Below are positions 17,243 through 27,014 of a stretch of 59,780 nucleotides of DNA, piece after piece. Origin of the DNA: an uncultured Holosporaceae bacterium (GTDB lineage Bacteria > Pseudomonadota > Alphaproteobacteria > UBA3830); NCBI GenBank assembly GCA_964510175.1, contig CAZEAT010000001.1, positions 1-59,780 of the forward strand, written 5' to 3'. Under the pieces are notes generated by a model that made no database searches, was not told where the DNA came from, and saw only the letters and a program-made list of their open reading frames with translations. Both the position numbers and the translations under genes were made by a program. Position 1 is the first letter of the stretch. Each line of letters starts with the position of its first letter.

Positions 17243-17948
17243 AACCATAGGAATTTACGTTCCGTCCTATAAGCGGTATGACCGGATCATGACCTGGAAC
17301 ATCCTGAATGATTGTACCTACGTTGTGAGGGAATCGGAGGAGGAGGCGTACCGGGCAGCCGGGATAACAAAGATACTGACCGGCCCGGATGAAGAAATAA
17401 ACAGTCTGGCAAAGGTCAGACAGTGGATCATCGACAATACCCCGGAGGATATTGTTATCCAGTGTGACGATGATATTTCCATGATGATATACAAGGGCAA
17501 AAACAATAAGGTTGAAATCACCGACAAAGACACCATAGATATGGAGTTTGAGAGGGTTGCACAAATCCTGGAGGATTTACGCCTGGGATTTGCTTCATGC
17601 ACCATGACCGGGGACGTCCGGAAATTCAATGCCGAGTTTCTGTTTAAGGGAATCACCGGAGGAATTTGCTGGTTCAATAAAGAGCATCTGAAAAGCCGGT
17701 TCGATAATATGACCTACATTAAAGAGGACACCGACTTTGTTCTGCAGGAGCTTCTCCAGAATCGGATCATTATCATACCTGATTATTTCGGTATGCAGAA
17801 TCAGTACGATAAGAACGCCGGAGGAAATAACGAGAATAAGAACCTACGGGCATTGAATCAGACAGTGGAGTACATGAAAAACAAGTGGGGGAAATATTAC
17901 GATCACAATTTCAGGACGAACCAGAGCCGTATAAATGTCAAAAGATAA
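17226..17948 (+). CDS. hypothetical protein, possibly a GT-A-like transferase
   Basis: IGIYVPSYKRYD..VIQCDDDI pattern resembles a Rossmann-like beta-strand plus a DxD motif. The assignment is weak. Confidence 0.3.
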   Translation: MSQDCKTIGIYVPSYKRYDRIMTWNILNDCTYVVRESEEEAYRAAGITKILTGPDEEINSLAKVRQWIIDNTPEDIVIQCDDDISMMIYKGKNNKVEITDKDTIDMEFERVAQILEDLRLGFASCTMTGDVRKFNAEFLFKGITGGICWFNKEHLKSRFDNMTYIKEDTDFVLQELLQNRIIIIPDYFGMQNQYDKNAGGNNENKNLRALNQTVEYMKNKWGKYYDHNFRTNQSRINVKR

Positions 17949-18020
17949 GTTTCCGGAAAGTATTGAAAATGTACAATATGCTGAAAAGGTAAACTTGACG
18001 AAAAATCGGTTGTTTTCGCC

Positions 18021-18048
18021 TTGAAATCATGTGAAAAACTGCTAAAGT
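18021..18048 (+). promoter_or_regulatory. candidate promoter P3 ahead of the packaging block
   Basis: TTGAAA (18021-18026), 16 nt, TAAAGT (18043-18048) within GCTAAAGT. Confidence 0.4.
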
Positions 18049-18104
18049 TAAGCTCAAGTTAAGGGGAACCGAGCTTAAAATCATTTTGTAGGAGGAATGA
18101 AACA

Positions 18105-18752
18105 ATGGCATATAACCAGTTAATCACAAAGAGCGGACATTCTCTTTTTACCATGTCCAGCTTATACCAGAAAGCAATAAGGCGGTGTGATGTGAGAGCA
18201 GCCGGGTACGCCGCAAATGAATTGTTCGACAAATACGAGCATTACCTTTGGAAAAGAACGCTGGTAATCTCCGCAGAGGATTGTTACGGAGAATGTACCC
18301 AGGAAATCCTTGCTTTATATTGGGCGAGCAATGAAGTGAACAAAGGGAAGAAAGGGGAGCAGCGGACAAAGATTTTCATATCCAAGGCAATCACCATCCT
18401 CTTGTATCATGCAAAGAGCCGGGATTCGGATTTCTTCGCAAATGAGCTGATGGATGATAAGAATAAGTTACCCGGTATCAATAATTACTTTGAGCCGGGA
18501 GAGTTGCTGAATCTGGAGAAAGGGTTGGATAAGGCGATCAACCTGGCAGAGTTCCAGCGGCTTGACGGGGATAAAATCCCGAAATACGTCTATGACTGTC
18601 ACACCCTGGAGGGAAAGAGGGCAGGAAAGACAAAAGAGGACTTCATGAGAGAGGAGGAGGCAGAGTTGCAGTACAAACAGCTTTCCTTTTTCGACATGGA
18701 GGGAATAAAGGACAGCATGGGAAGCACTGGAAATTTTAGATATGCCTATTGA
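18105..18752 (+). CDS. stand-alone MgsA/WRNIP1 C-terminal-domain-like protein
   Basis: SSLYQKAIRRCDVRAAGYAANEL .. LWKRTLVISAEDCYG .. IFISKAITILLYHAKSRDS is collinear with conserved MgsA_C helices. No AAA+ module is present. Confidence 0.5.
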   Translation: MAYNQLITKSGHSLFTMSSLYQKAIRRCDVRAAGYAANELFDKYEHYLWKRTLVISAEDCYGECTQEILALYWASNEVNKGKKGEQRTKIFISKAITILLYHAKSRDSDFFANELMDDKNKLPGINNYFEPGELLNLEKGLDKAINLAEFQRLDGDKIPKYVYDCHTLEGKRAGKTKEDFMREEEAELQYKQLSFFDMEGIKDSMGSTGNFRYAY

Positions 18753-18772
18753 GGCGGAGAGGAGGAACCAGC

Positions 18773-19003
18773 ATGGTGAAGAAAACAGAGCAGGTGCGGA
18801 AAATGGTAGCACAGGGGCAGTACAAAGAGGCATTGCGGATAGCAAAGGGCTTCCGGTTAGGAATCACCCAGGAGCAGAGCAGCACGCTCACACGGGCTTA
18901 TGAGTGCATGGTTCATCCGGATTTCTACCGCAGCATAGGCAAAAACATCCAGGAGTGCATTGACGGAGGGGTAGCCGTCCTGCACGAGTTGTACGCTTCC
19001 TGA
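18773..19003 (+). CDS. hypothetical protein
   Basis: 76 aa from ATG 18773. Confidence 0.4.
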   Translation: MVKKTEQVRKMVAQGQYKEALRIAKGFRLGITQEQSSTLTRAYECMVHPDFYRSIGKNIQECIDGGVAVLHELYAS

Positions 19004-19032
19004 ATCCTGATTCCGAAAAATAAGGCGAAAGC

Positions 19033-19076
19033 AAAAGGCATCATCCCACGCACACACGGGACGGTGCCTTTTTTCG
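19033..19076 (+). terminator. terminator-like hairpin before the terminase genes
   Basis: AAAAGGCA (19033-19040) pairs with TGCCTTTT (19065-19072), with an inner TCCC..GGGA stem, followed by a T-run. Confidence 0.5.
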
Positions 19077-19098
19077 TAACAAAATGGTAGGTGGTGAG

Positions 19099-19539
19099 AT
19101 GGCAAATGAGGGAAACCTGAAAAAATTCGGAAGCGAGAGGGAACCGAGAGAGGCAGGACGGAAAGGCGGTAAGGCATCCGGGGAAGCCAGACGGAAAAAA
19201 CGGCAGATGCAACAAGCCGCAAAGTTGCTTCTGAATATGCCGGTAGTTGGCGAAAATGCGGTCAAGAATCTGGAAACGCTGGGCTTTTCAGAGGAGGACA
19301 TGACTAACCAGATGGCGTTACTGGTACGGGTTTTCCAAAAAGCCCTCCAGACCGGGGATGTAAGAGCGGCAGAGTTCCTCCGGGACACAGCCGGTTACAA
19401 TCCGGAAACGAACCTGAAAGAACGGCAGTTCAAGTATGAAAAGGACAAAGAGAAAGGCATAAATCAAGAAATAGAGGACACGTCCGAAACGGACGATAGC
19501 ATATATGGCAATCCGGAAGAAAAAGACAATACCGTTTAA
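19099..19539 (+). CDS. terminase small subunit
   Basis: Basic N-terminus (GRKGGKASGEARRKKRQ) and position immediately upstream of the large terminase. Start ambiguous (19084 or 19099). Confidence 0.6.
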   Translation: MANEGNLKKFGSEREPREAGRKGGKASGEARRKKRQMQQAAKLLLNMPVVGENAVKNLETLGFSEEDMTNQMALLVRVFQKALQTGDVRAAEFLRDTAGYNPETNLKERQFKYEKDKEKGINQEIEDTSETDDSIYGNPEEKDNTV

Positions 19540-20872
19540 TTTCGGCCCGAAACATAGAGCTTATATTTATGCCTGTCAGTTCAACACATACAATATCCTG
19601 GAGGGAGCCGTCCGATCAGGAAAGACCATTGATAACGTATACGCTTTCGCCCATGAGCTGAAAACCTGCCCCGATAAAATCCACCTAGCCACCGGTTCCA
19701 CAATGGCAAATGCAAAGCTGAATATAGGCGATGCAAACGGCTTCGGCCTGGAGTACATTTTCAGAGGTCAATGCCGATGGAGTAAATATAAAGACAATGA
19801 TTGTCTCCGGATAAAAGGCCCGGACACCGGGTACAAAGAGAAGATAGTCATTTTTGCCGGGGGTAAATCCTCTGACAGCTATAAAAAAATCCGTGGTAAT
19901 TCCTACGGTATGTGGATTGCGACAGAGATCAATCTGCATCATGACAACACCATAAAAGAGGCGTTCAACCGCCAGCTTGCAGCAAAACGCCGTAAGATAT
20001 TCTGGGATTTGAACCCGGAGCATCCTAAAGCACCGATATATAAAGACTACCTGGATGTATACGCAAAGAAAGCGGAAGCCGGGGAACTCCTGGGAGGGTA
20101 TAACTACCAGCATTTTAATATCTTCGAGAATATCAACATAAGCAAACAGAGGCTTGCGGAGATTATCAGTCAGTATGATCCGGGGAGTATCTGGTATATC
20201 CGGGACATTGAGGGAAAGAGAAGTATTGCTGACGGTCTTATTTACACCAGATTGGCTACTTCCATAGCGGCAAGCGACAATCTATACCTGATACCCGTAA
20301 AGGCAGTTCAGGAGCTTAATAAACGTGGTGAATTGATAGAAATAAATGTTGGCGTGGACTTTGGAGGGAATGGCTCCGGACACGCCTTTGTTGCATCCGC
20401 TCCCACCCTGGGATATGAGAAGTTGATTGCTCTTTCCTCTGAATGGCATGATGCAGAGGGAACCGATCCGGAGGATTTGGCAGACATGTTTGTAAAATTC
20501 ATTAAACGGATCATCAAGACCTACGGGTATGTAACACATGTTTACTGTGATTCTGCCGAGCAGGTTCTTATGAGGGGGCTTGAAAAAGCACTGGTCAGAA
20601 ATGACATGGGAGATATTAAGATCAAGAACGCTATCAAGGATGTAATCACAGACCGTATTTTCACTGTAACCGCATTGACGGCACAGGAAAGATTTTTCTA
20701 TACCGAGGACTGCCAGACACTCACAGAGGCTATCAGTATGGCGGTATGGAATCCTAAGAACATGAAGCTGGAGCGTCTGGATGATGGCACCAGCGATATT
20801 GATTCTCTGGATGCGTTCGAGTATTCGTATGAACGTGACTGGAAGAAATTCATCAAGAAGAAAGCCAGTTAG
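19505..20872 (+). CDS. terminase large subunit (PBSX/terminase_3-like)
   Basis: Walker A GAVRSGKT; C-terminal nuclease region. Confidence 0.85.
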   Translation: MAIRKKKTIPFNFGPKHRAYIYACQFNTYNILEGAVRSGKTIDNVYAFAHELKTCPDKIHLATGSTMANAKLNIGDANGFGLEYIFRGQCRWSKYKDNDCLRIKGPDTGYKEKIVIFAGGKSSDSYKKIRGNSYGMWIATEINLHHDNTIKEAFNRQLAAKRRKIFWDLNPEHPKAPIYKDYLDVYAKKAEAGELLGGYNYQHFNIFENINISKQRLAEIISQYDPGSIWYIRDIEGKRSIADGLIYTRLATSIAASDNLYLIPVKAVQELNKRGELIEINVGVDFGGNGSGHAFVASAPTLGYEKLIALSSEWHDAEGTDPEDLADMFVKFIKRIIKTYGYVTHVYCDSAEQVLMRGLEKALVRNDMGDIKIKNAIKDVITDRIFTVTALTAQERFFYTEDCQTLTEAISMAVWNPKNMKLERLDDGTSDIDSLDAFEYSYERDWKKFIKKKAS

Positions 20873-20887
20873 GAGGCGATAAAAGAA

Positions 20888-22330
20888 ATGGCACTGACAG
20901 ATTTTTTTAAAAAGGCATGGAGCAGCCTGACACCAAAAAAGAATATTGAAAAACAGCTCAATGTTTCCATTGCCACCTCTGGCACGATGGAAAACGCAAT
21001 AGAGCTGTGGAACCAGATGTATAAAAATGAACCGCCCTGGAGGGGAGGAAAAGCGAATGTAATACCGCTGAATCTTCCATCGGCAATTTCAGAGGAGCTT
21101 GCAAGGCTGATCCTGACGGAGTTTAAAATTGAGATTACCGGAAGTGCAAGGGCTGATTTCATAAACAAGATTGTTTCCGGATTCCTCCAGAATCTCCCGA
21201 CTTATGTAGAGCTTTACTGTGCAATGGGGGCTATCTGCATGAAACCGTATCGGTCCGGGGACACAATCAAGATTGATTTTACCGAGGCTGACAGGTTTTA
21301 TCCTACTGCATACGATACCAACAAAGAGATCACCGGAGGAGTATTTGTAGACAGTAGGCTCCAGGGAGATTATATATACACCCGTATGGAATCCCACAAC
21401 CTGGTAGGCACTGACTACACAATAACAAATACGGCTTTCAGGTCGGAGAGGCTGTACCTGGAGCAGTTCGGGGATGATCCGATAGTTGCAAGCTATCCAT
21501 TTATGACGCCGGTTCCGCTGGCAGAGGTTGAGGATTGGGCAGAGTTATCAGAGGAGCCGGTTGTTATCAATAACATTGAAAAACCGCTTTTTATTTATAT
21601 CAGAGTTCCCAGGGCAAACAATGTAGACTTAAAATCACCCCTGGGAGCTTCCGTATTTTCCAGGGCGGTTGATGTTATTGAACAGGCAGACAGGCAATTT
21701 TCCCGTATACTTTGGGAGTATGAAGCTACGGAAGCGGCAATACACGCCTCCGAGGAGTTGTTTGATTCTGACAAGAAAGGAAAACCTATTCTCCCGGAGG
21801 GGAGAGAGAGGCTGTACCGGGCATTTGATTTCAACGGGAAAGAGTCTGGATCATTCATAAAAGAGTACGCCCCGGAAATCCGGGACAACAGCTTGTTTGC
21901 TGGACTGAATAAATATTTCCAGAGGATAGAGTTTCTTTGTGGGCTTTCCTATGGGACAATATCCGATCCGCAGCAGATAGAAAAGACGGCGGAGGAAATC
22001 CGGACGTCAAAGCAGAGGTCATTCACAGTTGTTTCAAAGATGCAAGAATCCTGGGACACAGGCTTTGAGCATCTTATTTACGTTCTGGATGTGATATGTA
22101 CCCTTTACAACCTGGCACCGCCCGGAGTTGCAGAAAAGAGCGCAACCTGGGGGGATGGAGTTCTGGAGGACACCGACAAGGAATTTCAAAGGCGGTGGGC
22201 TATGGTTATTGCAGGAAAATATAAGCTGGAAATGTTTTATGCCTGGTATTTTGGTTGTTCAGAGGAGGAGGCAAAGAAATATATCCCAGAGGCTCCAAAA
22301 GGCAGCACTCCATTTCCTCCGGAAGAATAG
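20888..22330 (+). CDS. portal protein (SPP1 gp6-like)
   Basis: 480 aa directly after the terminase. The portal-like assignment is by recall. Confidence 0.75.
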   Translation: MALTDFFKKAWSSLTPKKNIEKQLNVSIATSGTMENAIELWNQMYKNEPPWRGGKANVIPLNLPSAISEELARLILTEFKIEITGSARADFINKIVSGFLQNLPTYVELYCAMGAICMKPYRSGDTIKIDFTEADRFYPTAYDTNKEITGGVFVDSRLQGDYIYTRMESHNLVGTDYTITNTAFRSERLYLEQFGDDPIVASYPFMTPVPLAEVEDWAELSEEPVVINNIEKPLFIYIRVPRANNVDLKSPLGASVFSRAVDVIEQADRQFSRILWEYEATEAAIHASEELFDSDKKGKPILPEGRERLYRAFDFNGKESGSFIKEYAPEIRDNSLFAGLNKYFQRIEFLCGLSYGTISDPQQIEKTAEEIRTSKQRSFTVVSKMQESWDTGFEHLIYVLDVICTLYNLAPPGVAEKSATWGDGVLEDTDKEFQRRWAMVIAGKYKLEMFYAWYFGCSEEEAKKYIPEAPKGSTPFPPEE

Positions 22331-22343
22331 GAGGTAATGCCAC

Positions 22344-23609
22344 ATGCTGACACCTGAATATCTGGAGGCTTGCTGTGATGATGTCCTGGGACTTTATGAC
22401 GCATTGAATGAGTCCATTATCCGGGATATTTCCCGGAGGATTGTCAAAACCGGCAAAATAACGGATTCTGCATGGTGGCAGTTGAAACAGGTCCAGGAAT
22501 CCGGAAAGCTCCTGGAGGAGATCATCCAGGAGGTAGCAAGCGTGACAAAGTTCTCCGACAGCTACATAAGCGAGCTTTTCAACGAATCCGGGGTTATCTC
22601 TCTGAAATACGAGGGGGATATTTGTTCTGCAGCAGGTCTTACACCTATAAGCCTGAAACAATCCCCGGCCATGATGCAGACATTGGCGGCGGCTATTGAG
22701 AAAACACAGGGGAACATAAACAACCTGACATTGACAACGGCGGTAGCTTCCCAGAATTTGTATCTGCAATATACAAATCTTGCATACATGCAGGTAACAT
22801 CCGGAGCCTTTTCATACCAGGAGGCAATAAAACAGGCGGTAAAGGCAGCGGCGATTGACGGTGGAAAGGTTCTCTACCAGAAAGGTTATTCCTCTAAGCT
22901 GGATGTGGCAGTCCGGAGATCACTTCTGACCGGAGTAAATCAGACAGCCGGGAAGCTCACTGAAATGTACGCTGATGAAATGGGCTGTGATTATTTTGAA
23001 ACCACCGCACACCTGGGAGCCAGGAATACCGGAGCCGGTTATAACAATCATGAGAGCTGGCAAGGCCAGGTCTTTTGTATTTCCGGAAAGGATAAGAGAT
23101 ACCGGCAGTTCAGGGAAGCAACGGGCTATGGAGAGGGTGGAGGTCTTTGCGGATGGAATTGCAGACATAATTTTCACATGTTTTTCCTGGGACTTTCAAA
23201 ACCGGCATACAGCCGGGAAGTTTTGGAGGGATATGCAAAGAAAACGCACCAGTACAAAGACGCTTCCGGGAACATCCAGACATTATCAGAGTATGAATGT
23301 ACCCAGATACAACGGGCATACGAAAGGCAGATCAGAGAATCTAAGAGCCTGTTAGCCGGGTATGATTCTGGAATTAAGGCGGCTCCTGATGAAAAGACAG
23401 AAAACGCTCTCCGGGAGGAGTTCAAAACCGAAAGCGTGAATCTGAAAAGGATAGAGGCAGAAATGAAAGATTTCTGCAAGCAGACAAACAGGGCGGTTGA
23501 TTCTGCCAGGACACAAGTACACGCCGTAAAGGATGATAACGGCAAAATCGTGAATTTCAATAAGTCTGTCAGTCAAAAGGCTGTCTGGGCTAATAAAAAA
23601 TCAAGCTAG
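22344..23609 (+). CDS. minor head protein (SPP1 gp7 / Mu F-like)
   Basis: Follows the portal gene; conserved CGWNCRHNF segment. Confidence 0.7.
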   Translation: MLTPEYLEACCDDVLGLYDALNESIIRDISRRIVKTGKITDSAWWQLKQVQESGKLLEEIIQEVASVTKFSDSYISELFNESGVISLKYEGDICSAAGLTPISLKQSPAMMQTLAAAIEKTQGNINNLTLTTAVASQNLYLQYTNLAYMQVTSGAFSYQEAIKQAVKAAAIDGGKVLYQKGYSSKLDVAVRRSLLTGVNQTAGKLTEMYADEMGCDYFETTAHLGARNTGAGYNNHESWQGQVFCISGKDKRYRQFREATGYGEGGGLCGWNCRHNFHMFFLGLSKPAYSREVLEGYAKKTHQYKDASGNIQTLSEYECTQIQRAYERQIRESKSLLAGYDSGIKAAPDEKTENALREEFKTESVNLKRIEAEMKDFCKQTNRAVDSARTQVHAVKDDNGKIVNFNKSVSQKAVWANKKSS

Positions 23610-23766
23610 GAGGAGGAAAACGTGAGAACAGTATTGCAGATCATCAAGACAGGAAATCAGGTATAGGGAGGAGGTGGTCCGAATATCTCCCAGTCATGGG
23701 TTAAATGATAAGCCGATTTAAGGCAAAACAGAGTTTCAAGCTACAAATTACCACTGGCAAACGAAA

Positions 23767-23789
23767 AAGGCTGTCATGAGCCTATAACG
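23767..23789 (+). promoter_or_regulatory. copy 2 of the AAGGCT-N5/6-AG(C/G)CTATAACG motif
   Basis: AAGGCTGTCATGAGCCTATAACG; part of a 32-nt exact repeat with 54731-54762. Confidence 0.4.
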
Positions 23790-23990
23790 CAGTCAGGAGG
23801 CAAGTAAAAACAGAATACGGCACGGTGAAAACCGGGTGTCTTTCCATTCTGGAGGATGCCCGTTTTTATTGCCCTGGAGGAATGGCATATAAACTACTCA
23901 AATTTCCGTTCATGGGCGGATATATCCCATGATAGCAGAGCCGGAGTGAACCGGAACATAAACAAAATCAGCGAATAAGGAGGTACAGAC

Positions 23991-24683
23991 ATGTACGAGT
24001 ATTTAAAGAAACTTTTCAAGGAAGTAGACGGACAGCCGGAAGCGATCACAGCGGAGGAGCTTATCAAGAGGATTCAGGCAGATAAAAACCTGAACCTTGT
24101 AAACCTGAAAGATGGCGGCTATGTATCGAAAGATAAATTCGATGCTAAGGAAACAGAGCTTGCCGGGGTAAAGACGCAGCTTTCCGATGCGAATAAAGAA
24201 ATCCAGTCCTATAAGGATATGGATATTGACGGCATCAAGAAGTCAGCCAAGGAATGGGAGGAGAAATACAAGACCGACACAGCGGCGCTCAATCAGAAAT
24301 TGGAATCCCAGGAGAGAGCGCACCAGACGGATATGTTTTTCTCTGGATATAAGTTTACTTCCAAAGCGGCACAGGCAGGAATCCGGATGGAGTTTGATAA
24401 AAAGGCGTTCAAGCTGGAGGACGGTGTTTTCCAGGGAGCTTCTGACTACATGAAATCGCTTATGGAGAATGAGGACTATAAGGGTGCCTTTGTTCTGGAG
24501 GAGGAAAACAAGCCTGATGAAACGGATCAGGGAGGCGGTGCTGGAGCTGGAACCGGAGGGAACCAGAAACCACTTCCGCAGTTTGCCACCGGAGCCAACG
24601 GAGGAAATGCCGGTGCAGGAACCGACAAAAACATTTTTAATTTCGGCTTCCAGAGATTGAGAGAGCCGGAAAACAAAGAATAA
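23991..24683 (+). CDS. head scaffolding protein (DUF4355-like)
   Basis: Coiled-coil protein directly upstream of the major capsid gene, with a Gly-rich C-terminus. Confidence 0.65.
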   Translation: MYEYLKKLFKEVDGQPEAITAEELIKRIQADKNLNLVNLKDGGYVSKDKFDAKETELAGVKTQLSDANKEIQSYKDMDIDGIKKSAKEWEEKYKTDTAALNQKLESQERAHQTDMFFSGYKFTSKAAQAGIRMEFDKKAFKLEDGVFQGASDYMKSLMENEDYKGAFVLEEENKPDETDQGGGAGAGTGGNQKPLPQFATGANGGNAGAGTDKNIFNFGFQRLREPENKE

Positions 24684-24697
24684 GGAGGAATGTCTAA

Positions 24698-25660
24698 ATG
24701 GCAGCAGCAAAATTGAATTACGCAACAGAGTATCAGAGCGCATTGGAGCAGGAGTTCCCGTATGTCCTCTATTTCGGTGATTTGTTTGCCACTCCGAACA
24801 ATGGCCGGTACAGATGGGTAAATTCCAACGTGATTGAAATTCCCACGATCAAGACAACCGGGCGTGTTGACGGTGACAGGGACACCATCGGAACCAAGAA
24901 ACGTAACTATACAAATTCCTGGACGCCTCTTGCGGTGACAAATCACAGAACATGGGGAACACTGGTACATCCCCGTGACATTCAGGAAACCAACAAGGTG
25001 GCGAGCATTGCGAATATCACCAGGGTATTCAATGAGGAGCAGAAATTCCCGGAAATGAACGCATACCTGATTTCCAAGCTCTTTGCTGATTATACCGGAT
25101 TCGGTAAGACAGCAGACACAACCGTTTTGACTACTGAAAACGTCCTGGAGGTATTCGATAAGTTCATGACCTACATGGATAATAAGAGAGTGCCGAGAGC
25201 CGGACGTATCTTGTACGTCACTCCTGAAACCAGGACGCTTATCAACAACGCAAAGCAGATTGTAAAGACCATGGATGTGAGCAAACGGTCCGAGGCAATC
25301 AAGAGGGCGATCACGTCCATTGATGAAGTACGGATTCCGGACAGCGTTCCCTCTGACATGATGAAAACAGTCTATGACTTTACGGAGGGTTGGGCTATTG
25401 ATGAATCTGCACAGCAGATCAACATGTGCCTGGTTCATCCTCTGGCAGTCATTACCCCGATTCATTACGAATTTGCACAGCTTGATCCGCCGTCTGCAGG
25501 TTCCGAGGGTAAGTGGGACTACTTCGAGGAGTCTTTCGAGGATGTTTTCTTGCTTCCTAACAAGGTTGATGCGATTGCTTTCAACGTGTCTCCTATTACG
25601 GATGATTCCGGTAAAGATGATACGGATAATACGGATGATTCCGGCAAAGAAAACCAGTAA
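24698..25660 (+). CDS. major capsid protein
   Basis: 320 aa, between the scaffold and connector genes; strong SD. Confidence 0.75.
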   Translation: MAAAKLNYATEYQSALEQEFPYVLYFGDLFATPNNGRYRWVNSNVIEIPTIKTTGRVDGDRDTIGTKKRNYTNSWTPLAVTNHRTWGTLVHPRDIQETNKVASIANITRVFNEEQKFPEMNAYLISKLFADYTGFGKTADTTVLTTENVLEVFDKFMTYMDNKRVPRAGRILYVTPETRTLINNAKQIVKTMDVSKRSEAIKRAITSIDEVRIPDSVPSDMMKTVYDFTEGWAIDESAQQINMCLVHPLAVITPIHYEFAQLDPPSAGSEGKWDYFEESFEDVFLLPNKVDAIAFNVSPITDDSGKDDTDNTDDSGKENQ

Positions 25661-25718
25661 ACCATGAGTGAGCCGGGGCTGATGATTCAGTCCTGGCTTT
25701 ATAACAGGAGGATGCAAT

Positions 25719-26174
25719 ATGTTAAAGGCAGCAAAAGGAAACCGGGTGGTTAGAATCCCGGACGAAAAAAGAAAAGAGTATGAGATTTTAGGATATAAGA
25801 TCAGCGATATGAAAGGAAATGTACTCTATACGCCGACAGACCCCAAGAAAGAAAATGAATCCCTGAAAGAGCAGCTTGACGCTATGCGGAAAGAAAAATC
25901 TGACCTGGAGGAAAAGCTGAAAGAGGCAGAGGAGGCGGCTACAGCCAGAGTTGATTTATTCAATTCCACCAGGGATGAAAACGAGTCTCTGAAAGCTGAA
26001 AACGCTGATCTGAAAGGCAAGCTGGAGGAGGCTTCGGCTTATGCTGAAAAGGCAGATAAGAAGATCGAGGAGCTGGAGGGTAAGCTGAAAGAGGCAGAGA
26101 AAACAGCAAAGGCATCCGGGACTAAGAAAACGGAAGCGGCTGAAAAGGCTTCTGACGCAGGCAATAAGGCATGA
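25719..26174 (+). CDS. coiled-coil head-associated protein, hypothetical
   Basis: E/K-rich heptad-like sequence. Confidence 0.4.
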   Translation: MLKAAKGNRVVRIPDEKRKEYEILGYKISDMKGNVLYTPTDPKKENESLKEQLDAMRKEKSDLEEKLKEAEEAATARVDLFNSTRDENESLKAENADLKGKLEEASAYAEKADKKIEELEGKLKEAEKTAKASGTKKTEAAEKASDAGNKA

Positions 26175-26215
26175 AAAATATCCAGGTAGAGAAATAATGA
26201 GGGGAGTGATTTAAA

Positions 26216-26602
26216 ATGTCCCACAAGGCTGTAAAAAGTCCATACGTGGACTACAAGTATTATGAGAAGTGCTTTTTCGGCAAAAAGATACCGGAGAAGT
26301 CTTTTCCAGGATATGAGATGCAGGCAGAGGCTTTTGTAAACCGGATCACCTTTGGTCGGGTAAAGAGGCTCCCGAAAGTTCCGGATGAAGTGAAAAAGGC
26401 TATTTGTGCAGTAGCAGAGTTCATTTTCCAGGAGGACAAAAAGACGCCAGGTGCAAAGTCGGAAAATATTGACGGCTATTCGGTCACATACGAGGATGCC
26501 GGGGCAGGTTCCCAGGAAACCGGAATGTACCAGAAAGCAAAGATTTTTCTATCAGATACCGGCTTGCTATACAGAGGGAGGTCCAGCAAATATGATTGTT
26601 AA
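26216..26602 (+). CDS. head-tail connector/adaptor protein
   Basis: Position and size (128 aa) in an SPP1-like head-completion cluster. Confidence 0.5.
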   Translation: MSHKAVKSPYVDYKYYEKCFFGKKIPEKSFPGYEMQAEAFVNRITFGRVKRLPKVPDEVKKAICAVAEFIFQEDKKTPGAKSENIDGYSVTYEDAGAGSQETGMYQKAKIFLSDTGLLYRGRSSKYDC

Positions 26603-27014
26603 TGCTGACATTACAATTTTCAATAAACGCTATATCCGGGAGGAAAGGACGGAGAAACTTGTTGCTTCCCGGATTCATGGCGTTAGTCTGCATCTAAAGA
26701 AAGATACATCATCCGGAGATAAAGAGCTGACAAAGAGCGATCCTTGCACTATCCGTATTCCGATAGATGCGGATATGGAGGGCAAGGAATATGCAGATCA
26801 GCGGTCATATGAGGTTATGGATGATGAAACCTATCCCGGTTACTGGACTTTGCAGCCTGGAGCATTTATTGTCAACGGACTTTCAGACCTGGAGACAGCA
26901 ACGGAAACGGAGCTGAAAGAAAAATATCCGGATGTGATCCTGATTAGAAACTTTACAGATAACCGTGATCGTTGTTCAGATGCCATGAAACACTGGAGGA
27001 TAGGCGGTGAGTAA
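26592..27014 (+). CDS. head closure / minor capsid protein
   Basis: ATG 26592 after GGGAGG; the upstream part of ORF 26451 overlaps the previous gene. Confidence 0.5.
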   Translation: MIVNADITIFNKRYIREERTEKLVASRIHGVSLHLKKDTSSGDKELTKSDPCTIRIPIDADMEGKEYADQRSYEVMDDETYPGYWTLQPGAFIVNGLSDLETATETELKEKYPDVILIRNFTDNRDRCSDAMKHWRIGGE

